DNA of 48,637 bases. Origin: Actinomycetota bacterium. Lineage in GTDB: Bacteria; Actinomycetota; UBA4738; HRBIN12. Below are positions 26,308 to 36,268 of the stretch, piece by piece; position 1 is the stretch's first letter, and every line of letters starts with the position of its first letter. Location: NCBI GenBank assembly GCA_046723385.1, contig JBKOUM010000103.1:1-48637 (forward strand), in the 5' to 3' direction. The translations under genes and the position numbers were made by a program. The notes under the pieces were generated by a model. It searched no databases, had not been told where the DNA came from, and was given only the letters and a program-made list of their open reading frames with translations.

Positions 26308-29184
26308 TCAACGCGGCGACGATCCGCGAGCGCTCTCCGCGGTGATCAACGGGAGGCTCCCGAGCACCTCGGCGAGGAACCGTCCGGTGTGCGAATCGGG
26401 GTTGGCCGCGACCTCCTCGGGCGTGCCCGTCGCGACGACGAGGCCGCCCTGGTCCCCACCTTCCGGACCCAAGTCGATCACGTGATCGGCGGTCTTGATC
26501 ACGTCGAGGTTGTGCTCGATCACGAGCACCGTGTTGCCGGTGGACACGAGCCTCTGAAGGACCTGCAGGAGCTTCCGGATGTCTTCGAAGTGGAGACCGG
26601 TCGTCGGTTCGTCCAGCACGTAGAGGGTGTTCCCGGTCGCGCGCTTGTGCAGCTCGGACGCGAGCTTGATGCGCTGCGCCTCGCCGCCCGAGAGGGTGGG
26701 CGCCGGCTGCCCCAGCTTGATGTACCCGAGGCCGACGTCCGACAGCGTCTCCAGCTGCCGCTTGATCGGCGGGATGTTCTGGAAGAACTCGAGCCCTTCG
26801 TCGACGCTCATCTCCAGGACGTCGCTGATGCTGCGGCCCTTGTACTTCACCTCGAGCGTCTCGCGGTTGTACCGGTGTCCCTTGCAGACCTCGCACGTCA
26901 CGTACACGTCGGGGAGGAAGTGCATCTCGATCTTGATCTGCCCGTCGCCGGCGCAGTTCTCGCAGCGGCCGCCACGGACGTTGAAGGAGAACCGTCCCGG
27001 CTGGAACCCGCGGAGCTTGGCCTCGGGCACCTGCGCGTAGAGCTTGCGGATGTGATCGAAGACGCCGGTGTACGTCGCCGGGTTGGACCGGGGCGTCCGC
27101 CCGATCGGCGACTGGTCGATGTCGATCACCTTGTCGACCTGGTCCGAGCCGACGAGTCGCTTGTGCCGGCCCGGGAGCAGGCGCGAGCGGTACACCTTCT
27201 GCATCAGGGCTCGGAGCAGGACGTCTTGGACGAGCGTCGACTTGCCGGAGCCGCTAACCCCCGTCACGCACACGAGCTGCCCGAGCGGGATCTCCACGGA
27301 GATGTTCCGGAGGTTGTGCTCACGGACACCCTCGAGCTTGAGGGCCTTGCCGGTGGGTCGGCGCCGGACCTCCGGGACCGGGATCGTTCGCCGCCCGGAC
27401 AGGTAGGCGCCCGTGAGGGAGGCGTCGCACTCGAGCAACCCCTTCAGATCGCCCGTGTAGACGATCTCGCCTCCGCGCTCCCCCGCCAGGGGACCGATGT
27501 CGACGATGTGGTCGGCCGCGACGATCGTGGCTTCGTCGTGCTCGACCACGATCAGCGTGTTGCCGAGGTCGCGGAGCCTGATGAGCGTGTCGAGCAGCCG
27601 GCGGTTGTCCCGCTGGTGGAGACCGATCGAGGGCTCGTCCAGGATGTAGAGGACGCCGACCAGGCCACTGCCGATCTGGGTGGCCAACCGGATGCGCTGG
27701 GCCTCGCCGCCGGCCAGCGTGCCGGCGGCGCGGCCCAGCGTCAGGTAGTCAAGACCCACGTCGACGAGGAACCCCAGACGCGCCCTGATCTCCTTGACGA
27801 GCCGAGCCGCGATCATCTCCTCGCGTTCGCTGAGCCCCATGTCGCCGGTGAACGCGAGGGCGTCACGGATCGCGAGATCCGTGACGTCCGCGATGTTCTT
27901 GTCGCCGATCGTGACGGCCAGCGTCTCCGGCCGGAGACGCTGGCCCTTGCACGCCCGGCACGGGATCTCGCGCATGAACTGCTCGAGCTTCTCCCGCGAC
28001 GCGTCCGAATCCGTCTCCGCGTACCGCCGCTCGATGTTGGGCAGGATCCCTTCGAAGGTCGTCCAGTACGCGCGCTGACGTCCGTACCGGTTCTTGTACT
28101 TGACGTAGACCGAGTCCTTGGAGCCGTCGAGCAAGACCTCGCGCGCCTTCTTGGGCAGCTTCTTCCAGGGCGTGTCCAGATCGAACCCGTTGGCTGCGCC
28201 GACCGCGGCGAGGACCCGGTACCAGTACTCGAGGCTCGTGGATGCCCACGGCGCGATCGCCCCCTCGTTGATCGTGAGATCGGGATCGGGCACGACGAGC
28301 TCCGGGTCCACCTCCAGCCGGGTGCCGAGCCCGTCGCACGTCTGGCAGGCGCCGTACGGGGAGTTGAACGAGAAGTTCCGCGGCGCGAGCTCGTCGAACG
28401 AGATCCCGTCGAAGGTGCACGCGAGCTTCTGCGAGAACGTCTGCACCTCCTCGTGGCCTTCGTGCGTGACGACGGCGACGGCGGCGATCCCCTCGGCGAG
28501 CTCGAGCGCCTGCTCGATCGAGTCCGCCACGCGACGGCGGATGTCGGGCTTGGCGACGAGACGGTCGATCACGACCTCGATCGTGTGCTTGTAGTTGCGC
28601 GGCAGCCGGATGGGCTGCGACAGGTCGCGGACCTCGCCGTCGATCCGTGCCCGCGGGTATCCCTTGCGGGCCAGCTCTTGCAGCAGCTTCTCGTATTCGC
28701 CTTTCCGGCCCCGGACGACGGGCGCGAGGATCTGGAACCGCGTGCCCTCGGGCAGCTCCATCACCTGATCGACGATCTGCTCCGGCGTCTGGCGGCCGAT
28801 CGGGCGGCCGCAGCTGGGACAGTGCGGATGTCCGACCCGCGCGAACAAGACCCGCAGGTAGTCGTAGATCTCCGTGATCGTCCCGACCGTCGAGCGGGGG
28901 TTGCGTGAGGTCGACTTCTGGTCGATCGAGATCGCCGGGCTCAGGCCCTCGATGAAGTCGACGTCCGGCTTCTCCATCTGCCCCAGGAACTGACGGGCGT
29001 ATGAGCTGAGCGACTCGACGTAGCGTCGCTGCCCTTCGGCGTAGATCGTGTCGAACGCCAACGACGACTTGCCGGACCCCGAGAGTCCGGTGAACACGAT
29101 CAGCGCGTCGCGAGGCAGCTCCAGCGTGAGGTTCCGCAGGTTGTGCTCACGGGCGCCATGGATGACGAGGGAGTCCTGGCCCAC
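26308..29184 (-). CDS. uvrA: Excinuclease ABC subunit A
   Basis: Track ORF 26308..30501 trimmed to GTG 29184 ([19 protein letters not shown]...[28 protein letters not shown]), giving 958 aa. The upstream 439 codons are R/D/E/G junk antisense to chrA. Confidence 0.95.
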   Translation of the reverse strand: MGQDSLVIHGAREHNLRNLTLELPRDALIVFTGLSGSGKSSLAFDTIYAEGQRRYVESLSSYARQFLGQMEKPDVDFIEGLSPAISIDQKSTSRNPRSTVGTITEIYDYLRVLFARVGHPHCPSCGRPIGRQTPEQIVDQVMELPEGTRFQILAPVVRGRKGEYEKLLQELARKGYPRARIDGEVRDLSQPIRLPRNYKHTIEVVIDRLVAKPDIRRRVADSIEQALELAEGIAAVAVVTHEGHEEVQTFSQKLACTFDGISFDELAPRNFSFNSPYGACQTCDGLGTRLEVDPELVVPDPDLTINEGAIAPWASTSLEYWYRVLAAVGAANGFDLDTPWKKLPKKAREVLLDGSKDSVYVKYKNRYGRQRAYWTTFEGILPNIERRYAETDSDASREKLEQFMREIPCRACKGQRLRPETLAVTIGDKNIADVTDLAIRDALAFTGDMGLSEREEMIAARLVKEIRARLGFLVDVGLDYLTLGRAAGTLAGGEAQRIRLATQIGSGLVGVLYILDEPSIGLHQRDNRRLLDTLIRLRDLGNTLIVVEHDEATIVAADHIVDIGPLAGERGGEIVYTGDLKGLLECDASLTGAYLSGRRTIPVPEVRRRPTGKALKLEGVREHNLRNISVEIPLGQLVCVTGVSGSGKSTLVQDVLLRALMQKVYRSRLLPGRHKRLVGSDQVDKVIDIDQSPIGRTPRSNPATYTGVFDHIRKLYAQVPEAKLRGFQPGRFSFNVRGGRCENCAGDGQIKIEMHFLPDVYVTCEVCKGHRYNRETLEVKYKGRSISDVLEMSVDEGLEFFQNIPPIKRQLETLSDVGLGYIKLGQPAPTLSGGEAQRIKLASELHKRATGNTLYVLDEPTTGLHFEDIRKLLQVLQRLVSTGNTVLVIEHNLDVIKTADHVIDLGPEGGDQGGLVVATGTPEEVAANPDSHTGRFLAEVLGSLPLITAESARGSSPR

Positions 29185-29192
29185 GTCAGGCG

Positions 29193-29214
29193 AGTGTACC
29201 GGGGTCCCCCGACA
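29193..29214 (-). promoter_or_regulatory. TGTCGGGGG-N-TACACT (TGTC-N12-TAnnnT) promoter, 8 nt upstream of the uvrA GTG: RecA-NDp/PafBC-type, leaderless
   Basis: Minus strand reads aTGTCgggggaccccggTACACTcgcctgacGTG. Spacing matches the mycobacterial RecA-independent DNA-damage promoter consensus tTGTCRgtg-N8-TAnnnT. Confidence 0.45.
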
Positions 29215-29247
29215 TGCCGGTCGGTGAACCGCGTAGGCTTGCGGTGC

Positions 29248-30567
29248 ATGGCACATCGGGAGACTGGGCCGGTCCGCCCGAGCTTCTCGGACGCCTTCTC
29301 GTTCTGGCTCAGGTTGGGCTTCATCAACTTCGGGGGACCGACCGGCCAGATCGCGATGATGCACGAGGAGCTGGTCGACCGACGCCGCTGGATCGACGAA
29401 GAGCGGTTCCTCCACGCCCTCTCGTTCTGTGTCCTGCTGCCCGGGCCCGAGGCCCAGCAGCTGGCCATCTACACCGGCTGGATGCTCAACGGATCGGCGG
29501 GGGGGATCTCGGCGGGCGTGCTGTTCGTGCTGCCGGCGGCGGGGCTGATGGCGGGCCTCGCCTGGCTCTACGCCGCCGGCGGGCACCTCCCGACCGTCTC
29601 CGCGATCTTCGATGGCCTCGCCGCGGCGGTGGTCGGGATCGTCGCCGCGGCGATGCTCTCGATCGGCGGGCGAGCGGTCCGCGGCCGGGTGTCGCTCGCG
29701 ACCGCGGCGGCCGCGTTCCTGGCGGTCTTCGTCGTCGGCGTCCCGTTCCCGTTCGTGATCCTGGGCGCGGCCACGGTCGGGTTGGCCGTGGGGACGCGGC
29801 GCCTCGGCGTCGACGTCGCCGATGAGGATCGGCCGAGCGACGAGGCACGTCCCGGCGGCGTGCGCAGGTCGCTCCGCGTGCTCGTCATCGGACTCGCCGT
29901 CTGGTGGCTCCCATTGCTCGCGGTCGTCGCGGTCACGGGAGCCGGCTCGATCTATTCCGACCAGGCTCTGTTCTTCTCGCAGGTGGCCGTGATCTCGTTC
30001 GGCGGCGCCTACGCGGTGCTCGCGTACGTCGGACACGAGGTCGTCAGCCGCTTCGGCCTCACCGGGGCGGACGTGGTCGCCGGGCTCGCGCTCGCCGAGA
30101 CGACGCCCGGGCCGCTGATCCTGGTGGTCGAGTTCTACGCGTTCGTCGCCGCGTACCGGAGCCCGGGAGGGCTGCCGCCCGTCGCCGCCGGGATGATCGG
30201 AGCCGCCGTCACGGTGTGGGCGACCTTCGCGCCGTGCTTCCTCTGGGTGTTCCTGGGCGCGCCCTGGGTGGAACGGCTCCGGACGAACCGAGCGCTCCGC
30301 GCCGCCCTCGCGGCCGTGACGGCCGCGGTCGTCGGCGTGATCGCGAGCCTCGCGTTGACGGTCGCGGCCGGTGTGTTGTTCGACGAGGTCGGAACGGTGA
30401 AGCCGTTCTGGGCGACGATCCCGCTCCCGGTCTGGTCGTCGATCGACGCGTTCAGCGCCGTGGTCGCGGTCGCCGCCTTCGTGGCGATCCGCCGGTTCCA
30501 CGTGAACGTCGCCTGGGTGGCGTTGGGAGGCGCCTTCCTCGGCCTCGCGTTCGCGGGCGTCCGCTAG
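29248..30567 (+). CDS. chrA: Chromate-ion transporter ChrA (two CHR domains)
   Basis: Track ORF 29143..30567 trimmed to ATG 29248 ([43 protein letters not shown]...). A second half repeats the pattern ([20 protein letters not shown]). TAGGCT lies 8 nt upstream of the ATG. Confidence 0.85.
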   Translation: MAHRETGPVRPSFSDAFSFWLRLGFINFGGPTGQIAMMHEELVDRRRWIDEERFLHALSFCVLLPGPEAQQLAIYTGWMLNGSAGGISAGVLFVLPAAGLMAGLAWLYAAGGHLPTVSAIFDGLAAAVVGIVAAAMLSIGGRAVRGRVSLATAAAAFLAVFVVGVPFPFVILGAATVGLAVGTRRLGVDVADEDRPSDEARPGGVRRSLRVLVIGLAVWWLPLLAVVAVTGAGSIYSDQALFFSQVAVISFGGAYAVLAYVGHEVVSRFGLTGADVVAGLALAETTPGPLILVVEFYAFVAAYRSPGGLPPVAAGMIGAAVTVWATFAPCFLWVFLGAPWVERLRTNRALRAALAAVTAAVVGVIASLALTVAAGVLFDEVGTVKPFWATIPLPVWSSIDAFSAVVAVAAFVAIRRFHVNVAWVALGGAFLGLAFAGVR

Positions 30568-30578
30568 GCTCGGTCAGC

Positions 30579-30857
30579 ATGGCAACCAAAGAGGAACTCG
30601 AAGCTCTCCCGATCAAGGAGCTCCACGATCGCGCGATCCGGGCGGCGCGCAAGCATCTGGACGTCGGCTTCCTCTGGGACGTGGTGAAGGCGCTGCCGGT
30701 CGCGGAGGAGGCGATCGGCGAGGACCAGCGCTCCAAGGTCGACATCGTGCGGCCGCTCGCGCTGATCAACGACTTCCTGTACGACACGGACTCGGGCGAG
30801 CTCGGCGAGGCCCTCCGCCCGATGTACGTGGACTACCTGCTCCGAAGGGGCGACTGA
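30579..30857 (+). CDS. Hypothetical 92-aa soluble protein
   Basis: C-terminal part of track ORF 29904..30857, starting at ATG 30579 (MATKEELEALPIKELHDRAIRAARKHLDVGFLWDVV...). Strong GC3 bias, 11 nt after chrA and 8 nt before the aminotransferase gene. No clear SD. Confidence 0.55.
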   Translation: MATKEELEALPIKELHDRAIRAARKHLDVGFLWDVVKALPVAEEAIGEDQRSKVDIVRPLALINDFLYDTDSGELGEALRPMYVDYLLRRGD

Positions 30858-30865
30858 GACCGGTC

Positions 30866-32023
30866 GTGCCCGCGGAGCCGCGCGATCTGGAGCGGTACCG
30901 GGACGAGTTCGAGGTCGTTCGGCGCAAGGCGTACCTGATCAGCGCGTCGCTCGGGCCCGTCGGGGTCCGGTCCCGGCGTCTGCTCGACGCGTACATCGAC
31001 GCGTGGGCGACGAAGGGCGCCCCGGACCACGTGTGGTTCGAGGACATCTTCCCCGCGATGGGCCGCCTGAAGGGATCGTTCGCCGGGCTCGCCGGCTGCG
31101 ACGCGGACGAGGTGGCGCTCACGACGAACATCTCGATCGCGTTGTCGACGATCGCGTCCGCGCTCGATCTCTCCGGGGACCGCCGTCGGGTGGTGCTCTC
31201 GGAGCTCGACTTCCCCACGGACGGTCACGTGTGGACGGCGTGGGCCGCGAAGACCGGCGCCGAGCTCGTCTGGTTGCGTTCCCCCGACGGCATCACGATG
31301 CCGCTCGAGGTCTTCGACGCCGCGATCGACGATCGCACGGCGCTCGTGATGGTGAACCGAGTGCTCTACCGGTCGAGCGCCGTCGTAGACGCGGGAACCG
31401 TCTGTTCGATGGCGCGCGAGCGCGGCGCCCTGAGCTTCGTCGACGACTACCACGGCATCGGGGTGCTCCCCCTCGATCTGCACGACCTGGGCTGCGACCT
31501 CTACGCGTCGGGGACGCTCAAGTTCCTCTGCGGCGGTCCGGGCTGCGTCTTCCTCTACGCGAGGCGCGACCTCCTCCCCCGACTGGAGCCCGCGGTCACG
31601 GGCTGGTTCGCGACGGCGCACCCCTTCTCGTTCGACACCGAGCACCTGTCGTATCACCGATCCGCGCGGCGGTTGGAACACGGGACGCCGCCCGCGCCGG
31701 TGTTCTTCATCGCGCAAGGCGGGATCGACGTGATCGCCGAGGTCGGTGTCGACCGGATCCGGGCGCGTCAGCTGGAGCTCCAGGAACGCGTGATCTCGCA
31801 GGCGGATGAGCTGGGACTGGAGGTCCGGACGCCTCGGGACCCAGCGGCGCGCGGCGGGGTCGTGAACGTGAAGGTCGGCGACGCGGAGCGGATCTGTCAC
31901 GCGCTGCTCGATCGCGACGTCTGCACGGACTTCCGGGGCGACGGCCTCCGGATCAGTCCCCACTTCTTCACGAACGAAACCGACGTCGACCGCTTCTTCG
32001 ACGCCCTCCGAAGGGTCATCTGA
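30866..32023 (+). CDS. PLP-dependent aminotransferase class V family protein (cysteine desulfurase / kynureninase-like fold)
   Basis: Track ORF, 385 aa, GTG start. YASGTLKFLCGGPG resembles the PLP-lysine region (S-x-x-K-x-L-x-G-P-x-G) of class V enzymes. Confidence 0.7.
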   Translation: MPAEPRDLERYRDEFEVVRRKAYLISASLGPVGVRSRRLLDAYIDAWATKGAPDHVWFEDIFPAMGRLKGSFAGLAGCDADEVALTTNISIALSTIASALDLSGDRRRVVLSELDFPTDGHVWTAWAAKTGAELVWLRSPDGITMPLEVFDAAIDDRTALVMVNRVLYRSSAVVDAGTVCSMARERGALSFVDDYHGIGVLPLDLHDLGCDLYASGTLKFLCGGPGCVFLYARRDLLPRLEPAVTGWFATAHPFSFDTEHLSYHRSARRLEHGTPPAPVFFIAQGGIDVIAEVGVDRIRARQLELQERVISQADELGLEVRTPRDPAARGGVVNVKVGDAERICHALLDRDVCTDFRGDGLRISPHFFTNETDVDRFFDALRRVI

Positions 32024-32027
32024 CGCG

Positions 32028-33098
32028 TCAGCGGACGAGCACGCCGACGCGCTGCATCGTGTTGTTCATGAACCCGCCATAGTTCCAGGCAGGATCGGCC
32101 GGTTGCACGTTGCCGGCCTCGTCCGTGCCGCGCACGAGCAGCTCGTGCTCCCCCGGCCTCGCGGCCCAGTCGAAAGACCACCCTCGCCACGACGACGGCG
32201 TCGCGGGTTCCGGACCGAGCTCCGCATCCGACCACGTCCGGCCCCCGTCGACGCTGACCTCGACGCGTACGACGTCTCCCCAGCCGGACCACGCGCGTCC
32301 CACCAGCTCACAGCGCCCCGCGTCGAGGAACCGCTGCCGCGCGGGGAAGTCGCTGAACCCCGGGGGCACCATGAGCGCGCGGACCGACTTCTTCGTGACG
32401 CGTTCGCCGGGGCCATCGGGCTGCTGCCGGATCTGGTACGAGGAGAGTTGGAACCCGTCGAACGGCTCGGCGACCGCCGTGATCCGCCGAAGCCACTTGA
32501 CGCTGCACATCCCGTACCAGTCGGGCACGAGCAAGCGGACCGGGAACCCGTGCTGCGGCGGCAGCGGCCGCCCGTTCAGCTCGTACGCGAGCAGGACGTC
32601 GTCCCGAACGATGTCGCCGAGCGAGAAGCCCCACTGGTAGTCCTGCTCGATGCCGCTCTGGATCCCGTGATCGGCGCCTGTGAAGACGAGCTCGACGGCG
32701 TCCGGTCGGATGCCCGCCTCTTCGAGGATCGGCGGGAGCGGGGTGCCGGTCCACTCCGAGTTCCCGACCGCCTCCAGCAACCAGGGTTGGCTCTCGGCTC
32801 GAGGCGGCATCAGGGCCCGCCCGTTGCCGGCGCACTCCATCGTCACGGGTCGCACGACGGCCGGCCTCGACCGGATGTCGCCCATCGAGAGCGCGAGCGG
32901 GCGGTCCACGAGCCCGTCGACCTCGACCGTCCACGACGCGTCGTCGGCCGGCGGGATGTCGAAGTGGATCACCAGGTAGTGCATCCCGACCGGGGTGACG
33001 TCGTACCGGAGTCCCTCCAGGTGCATCCCGTGGTTCCGGGCCGCCTGGCCGAGCTCGCTGCGGGTGACGCCTTGCCACGCTGCGTCCGTCTGGCTCAT
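32028..33098 (-). CDS. Sulfite-oxidase-family molybdopterin oxidoreductase, no signal peptide
   Basis: Track ORF, 356 aa. VTMECAGNGR (Mo-ligand Cys motif), GFPVRLLVPDWYGMCSVKWL, and a C-terminal Moco-dimerisation-like domain. The N-terminus MSQTDAAWQGVTRSELG has no Sec/Tat features. Confidence 0.8.
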   Translation of the reverse strand: MSQTDAAWQGVTRSELGQAARNHGMHLEGLRYDVTPVGMHYLVIHFDIPPADDASWTVEVDGLVDRPLALSMGDIRSRPAVVRPVTMECAGNGRALMPPRAESQPWLLEAVGNSEWTGTPLPPILEEAGIRPDAVELVFTGADHGIQSGIEQDYQWGFSLGDIVRDDVLLAYELNGRPLPPQHGFPVRLLVPDWYGMCSVKWLRRITAVAEPFDGFQLSSYQIRQQPDGPGERVTKKSVRALMVPPGFSDFPARQRFLDAGRCELVGRAWSGWGDVVRVEVSVDGGRTWSDAELGPEPATPSSWRGWSFDWAARPGEHELLVRGTDEAGNVQPADPAWNYGGFMNNTMQRVGVLVR

Positions 33099-33105
33099 CA
33101 GCGGA

Positions 33106-34188
33106 TCAACCCCCCTCGCTCGCTCGTGCCTCGGCTCCCTGTCGAGCGCTCGCGCGGCTCGACGCCACGATCATGCCGCCTCGGATCACCGTCCTGATCC
33201 GTTCGAACGCGCCGAGGTCGACGAGCGGATCCGCGTCCACGACGATCAGGTCCGCCGGCGCGCCCGGCTCGATCGGCGCTCGGATCAGCGCGCGCAGGAT
33301 CTCGTCGTGCGTGAGCCCCGCGTCCAGGAGCAGGCGGAGCTCCGTGAGGTGGATGCCCGGCGGGATCGGACCGTTCCCAAGGTCGGTCCCGTAGATCACG
33401 GTCCCGCCGGCGTCGTGGAACCGCCGCAGGTTGTCGACGGCGGTCCTGAGCTCGGGCGTGTCACGCCCGAAGCTCAGGATGTCCAGGGTCGACACGATGC
33501 GCAGCGAAGCTGCGCATCGTGCGACGACGTCGTCCGCCAGCCGGTGCGTCCACGGCGTGTGCGCCAGCTCGTCCACGCCGGCGCCGAGCGCGCGCTCCAC
33601 CTGGCCGGCGCCCTGCGCGTGCACGGTGACCGGGAGCTCGGCGTGGTGCGCCGTGTCGCAGATCGCCATGAGTTCCGGATCCCCGACGACCGGTCCGGCC
33701 TCCGCGTTCAGCGCGACCTTGATCGCGGTCGCACCCGATGCCGCGAGCTCCTTCACGGCGGTGACGGCGTCGTCCGGACCGGCGACCTCCCGGCCCGTGC
33801 CCGGCGGCGCCCAGTCGTCGCGGGTCGGATAGCCGTCCCGCACGGTGAGCATCGGACCCACGGCGCGGATCAACGGACCTTCGAACGTGGGCAGCTCGGA
33901 CAGATCCGCCAAGGGGAAGATCCGGTCGGCCGGCCACGCCAGGTCGCGCACGGCGGTCACCCCGCCGGCCACGACCGCGGCGGGATCGGCGAGCTCGATG
34001 TGCACGTGGCGGTCGGCCGCCGACGGCATCACGATGCCGTCGGCCGCCACCACCCGCGTTTCGTCCGGGACGGGGTGCACCCTGCCGACGGCGGCGATCA
34101 CGCCGCCGTCGCAGTCGATCTGGACGTCGGCGGTGAGCCCGCCCGTGCCGAGCCACGCCTGCGGAGCGCGGATGGTGAGGTCGGCCAC
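33106..34188 (-). CDS. Amidohydrolase-superfamily protein (COG1228-like)
   Basis: Track ORF, 360 aa, GTG start 9 nt after the uvrB stop. DRHVHI (HxH), KVAL, VHAQG, ELAHT, YGTDLG metal/catalytic pattern. Confidence 0.75.
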   Translation of the reverse strand: MADLTIRAPQAWLGTGGLTADVQIDCDGGVIAAVGRVHPVPDETRVVAADGIVMPSAADRHVHIELADPAAVVAGGVTAVRDLAWPADRIFPLADLSELPTFEGPLIRAVGPMLTVRDGYPTRDDWAPPGTGREVAGPDDAVTAVKELAASGATAIKVALNAEAGPVVGDPELMAICDTAHHAELPVTVHAQGAGQVERALGAGVDELAHTPWTHRLADDVVARCAASLRIVSTLDILSFGRDTPELRTAVDNLRRFHDAGGTVIYGTDLGNGPIPPGIHLTELRLLLDAGLTHDEILRALIRAPIEPGAPADLIVVDADPLVDLGAFERIRTVIRGGMIVASSRASARQGAEARASEGG

Positions 34189-34197
34189 GCCCGAAGG

Positions 34198-36216
34198 CTA
34201 CGCCACTCCGGCTTCGCGCAGCTGACGGAGCTCCTTGCGCAGCTCGTGGACCTCGTCGCGGAGCCGAGCCGCGTACTCGAACCGGAGGTCCTTGGCCGCC
34301 TGATGCATCTCCTCCTCGAGACCCTGGATCAGCCGCTCGAGCTCGTCGGTGGGCATCTCGGGGTGGACGCGCGCCTTCCGGCGCTCCTTGCGAGGCGTGG
34401 TGGGCGCCTGGTCGTCCCCGCGGAGCGACAGGAGGATGTCGGTGACCTTCTTGCGGATCGTCTGCGGGTCGATCCCGTGCTCCGCGTTGTACGCGAGCTG
34501 GATCTGGCGCCGCCGCTGCGTCTCGCTGATCGCGAGCTTCATAGAGTCCGTGACGCTGTCCGCGTACATCAGCACGGTCCCGTCGACGTTCCGGGCCGCG
34601 CGCCCGATCGTCTGGATCAGCGAGGTCTCGGAGCGGAGGAACCCCTCCTTGTCCGCGTCCAGGATCGCGACCAACGAGACCTCCGGGAGGTCGAGCCCCT
34701 CGCGCAACAGGTTGATCCCGACGAGCACGTCGAACTCGCCGAGACGCAGGTCACGGACGATCTCGATCCGCTGCAGCGTGTCGACTTCCGAATGGAGGTA
34801 TCGAACGCGGATCCCCATCTCGACCAGGTAGTCGGTGAGATCTTCGGCCATCTTCTTGGTGAGGGTGGTCACGAGCACACGCTGGTCCTGTTCGGTGCGC
34901 GCACGGATCTCGCCCATGAGGTCGTCGACCTGTCCCTTGGTCGGTCGGATCTGCACCTCCGGGTCGACCAGCCCGGTCGGCCGGACGATCTGCTCGACGA
35001 CCTTGGACGACATCCGCAGCTCGTACGCCCCGGGCGTCGCCGACATGTAGACGATCTGCTTCACGCGCTCCTGGAACTCATCGAACCGGAGCGGCCTGTT
35101 GTCGATCGCCGACGGCAGCCGGAACCCGAAGTCGACCAGGGTCGTCTTGCGCGACACGTCGCCCTCGTACATCCCGTGCAGCTGCGGCACGGTCACGTGC
35201 GATTCGTCCAGGACGACGAGGTAGTCGTCGGGGAAGTAGTCGAGCAGCGTGAACGGGGCCGTGCCGGGGCCGCGGCCGTCGATGTGCCTGGAGTAGTTCT
35301 CGATGCCGCTGCAGAACCCGACCTCGCGGAGCATCTCAAGGTCGTACGTGGTGCGCATCCGCAACCGCTCCGCCTCGAGGAGCTTGCCTTGGTCCTCGAG
35401 CCACTTCAGCCGGTCGTGCAGCTCCTCCTCGATCGTCACGAGCGCGTGCTTCATCCGGTCGTCGCTGGCCACGTAGTGCGACGCCGGGAAGGTCGTGTGA
35501 TCGACGATGTCGTCCTTGACGATCTCACCGGTCACCGGGTCGAACATGCTGATCCGCTCGACCGTGTCCCCCCACCACTCGATCCGGTACCCCGCTTGCT
35601 CGTACGGCGGGAAGATCTCGAGCGTGTCCCCGGTGACGCGGAACGTTCCCCGCGCGCGGCTCGCCTGGTTCCGCTTGTACTGGATGTCGACCAGCCGTTG
35701 CATCGCGAAGTCCATGGGGACCTCGGTGCCCCGGTAGACCCGCAGAAGCTGGCCCTCGTACTCCTCCGGCGACCCCAGTCCGTAGATCGCCGACACGCTC
35801 GCCACGATGAGGACGTCGCGGCGACTCAGCAGCGCGGCGGTCGCCGAATGGCGGAGACGCTCGATCTCCTCGTTGATCGAGCTGTCCTTCTCGATGTACG
35901 TATCGGTCTGCGGGACGTACGCCTCGGGCTGGTAGTAGTCGTAATAGCTGACGAAGTATTCGACGGCGTTGTCCGGGAAGAACTCGCGGAACTCGTTGGC
36001 CAGCTGGGCCGCGAGCGACTTGTTGGGGGCCATCACGAGGGTCGGCCGCTGGATCCGCTCGATCACGTGCGCGATCGTGAACGTCTTGCCCGTCCCGGTG
36101 GCCCCGAGCAGGGTGACGTGGGGATCCCCGGCCTGGACGGCGTGGGTGAGCTGCTCGATCGCCTGCGGCTGGTCACCCGCGGGCTCGAAGTCGGACACGA
36201 CGCGGAACGGAGGCAC
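34198..36216 (-). CDS. uvrB: Excinuclease ABC subunit B
   Basis: Track ORF, 672 aa, GTG start. [17 protein letters not shown], helicase motifs, C-terminal UVR domain. Confidence 0.95.
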   Translation of the reverse strand: MPPFRVVSDFEPAGDQPQAIEQLTHAVQAGDPHVTLLGATGTGKTFTIAHVIERIQRPTLVMAPNKSLAAQLANEFREFFPDNAVEYFVSYYDYYQPEAYVPQTDTYIEKDSSINEEIERLRHSATAALLSRRDVLIVASVSAIYGLGSPEEYEGQLLRVYRGTEVPMDFAMQRLVDIQYKRNQASRARGTFRVTGDTLEIFPPYEQAGYRIEWWGDTVERISMFDPVTGEIVKDDIVDHTTFPASHYVASDDRMKHALVTIEEELHDRLKWLEDQGKLLEAERLRMRTTYDLEMLREVGFCSGIENYSRHIDGRGPGTAPFTLLDYFPDDYLVVLDESHVTVPQLHGMYEGDVSRKTTLVDFGFRLPSAIDNRPLRFDEFQERVKQIVYMSATPGAYELRMSSKVVEQIVRPTGLVDPEVQIRPTKGQVDDLMGEIRARTEQDQRVLVTTLTKKMAEDLTDYLVEMGIRVRYLHSEVDTLQRIEIVRDLRLGEFDVLVGINLLREGLDLPEVSLVAILDADKEGFLRSETSLIQTIGRAARNVDGTVLMYADSVTDSMKLAISETQRRRQIQLAYNAEHGIDPQTIRKKVTDILLSLRGDDQAPTTPRKERRKARVHPEMPTDELERLIQGLEEEMHQAAKDLRFEYAARLRDEVHELRKELRQLREAGVA

Positions 36217-36222
36217 CGACCA

Positions 36223-36244
36223 AGTGTAAGAGCGTCCGGCGACA
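36223..36244 (-). promoter_or_regulatory. TGTCGCCG-N-TACACT (TGTC-N12-TAnnnT) promoter, 6 nt upstream of the uvrB GTG: RecA-NDp/PafBC-type, leaderless
   Basis: Minus strand reads gTGTCgccggacgctctTACACTtggtcgGTG. Same spacing and same -10 hexamer as upstream of uvrA. Confidence 0.45.
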
Positions 36245-36268
36245 CGGGCCTCCGCGAGGGACCCGCGT

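Noticed and set aside
26206-28908. 900-aa ORF on the + strand
   Set aside because: It is entirely antisense to uvrA, whose translation is unmistakable. Its composition is R/D/E/V/G/L-dominated with no recognisable motifs. This is the classic shadow ORF of high-GC coding DNA.
29185-29247. Looked for LexA SOS/Cheo boxes (GAAC-N4-GTTC, TCGAAC-N4-GTTCGA) upstream of uvrA, uvrB, uvrC, polA and the LigD-pol gene
   Set aside because: None found by eye. The 47838..47853 palindrome has the half-sites in the opposite order (GTTCG..CGAAC), so it is not a Cheo box.
29185-30501. 5' extension of the uvrA track ORF (1397 aa)
   Set aside because: The extra 439 codons are antisense to chrA and are R/D/E/G/P junk. 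UvrA homology begins at [16 protein letters not shown] (GTG 29184), giving a normal 958-aa UvrA.
32021-32030. 10-bp palindrome TGACGCGTCA between the aminotransferase and Mo-enzyme genes
   Set aside because: It is simply two convergent TGA stop codons separated by CGCG. It is too short to be a terminator and needs no further explanation, though it does mean the convergent genes have no spacer.
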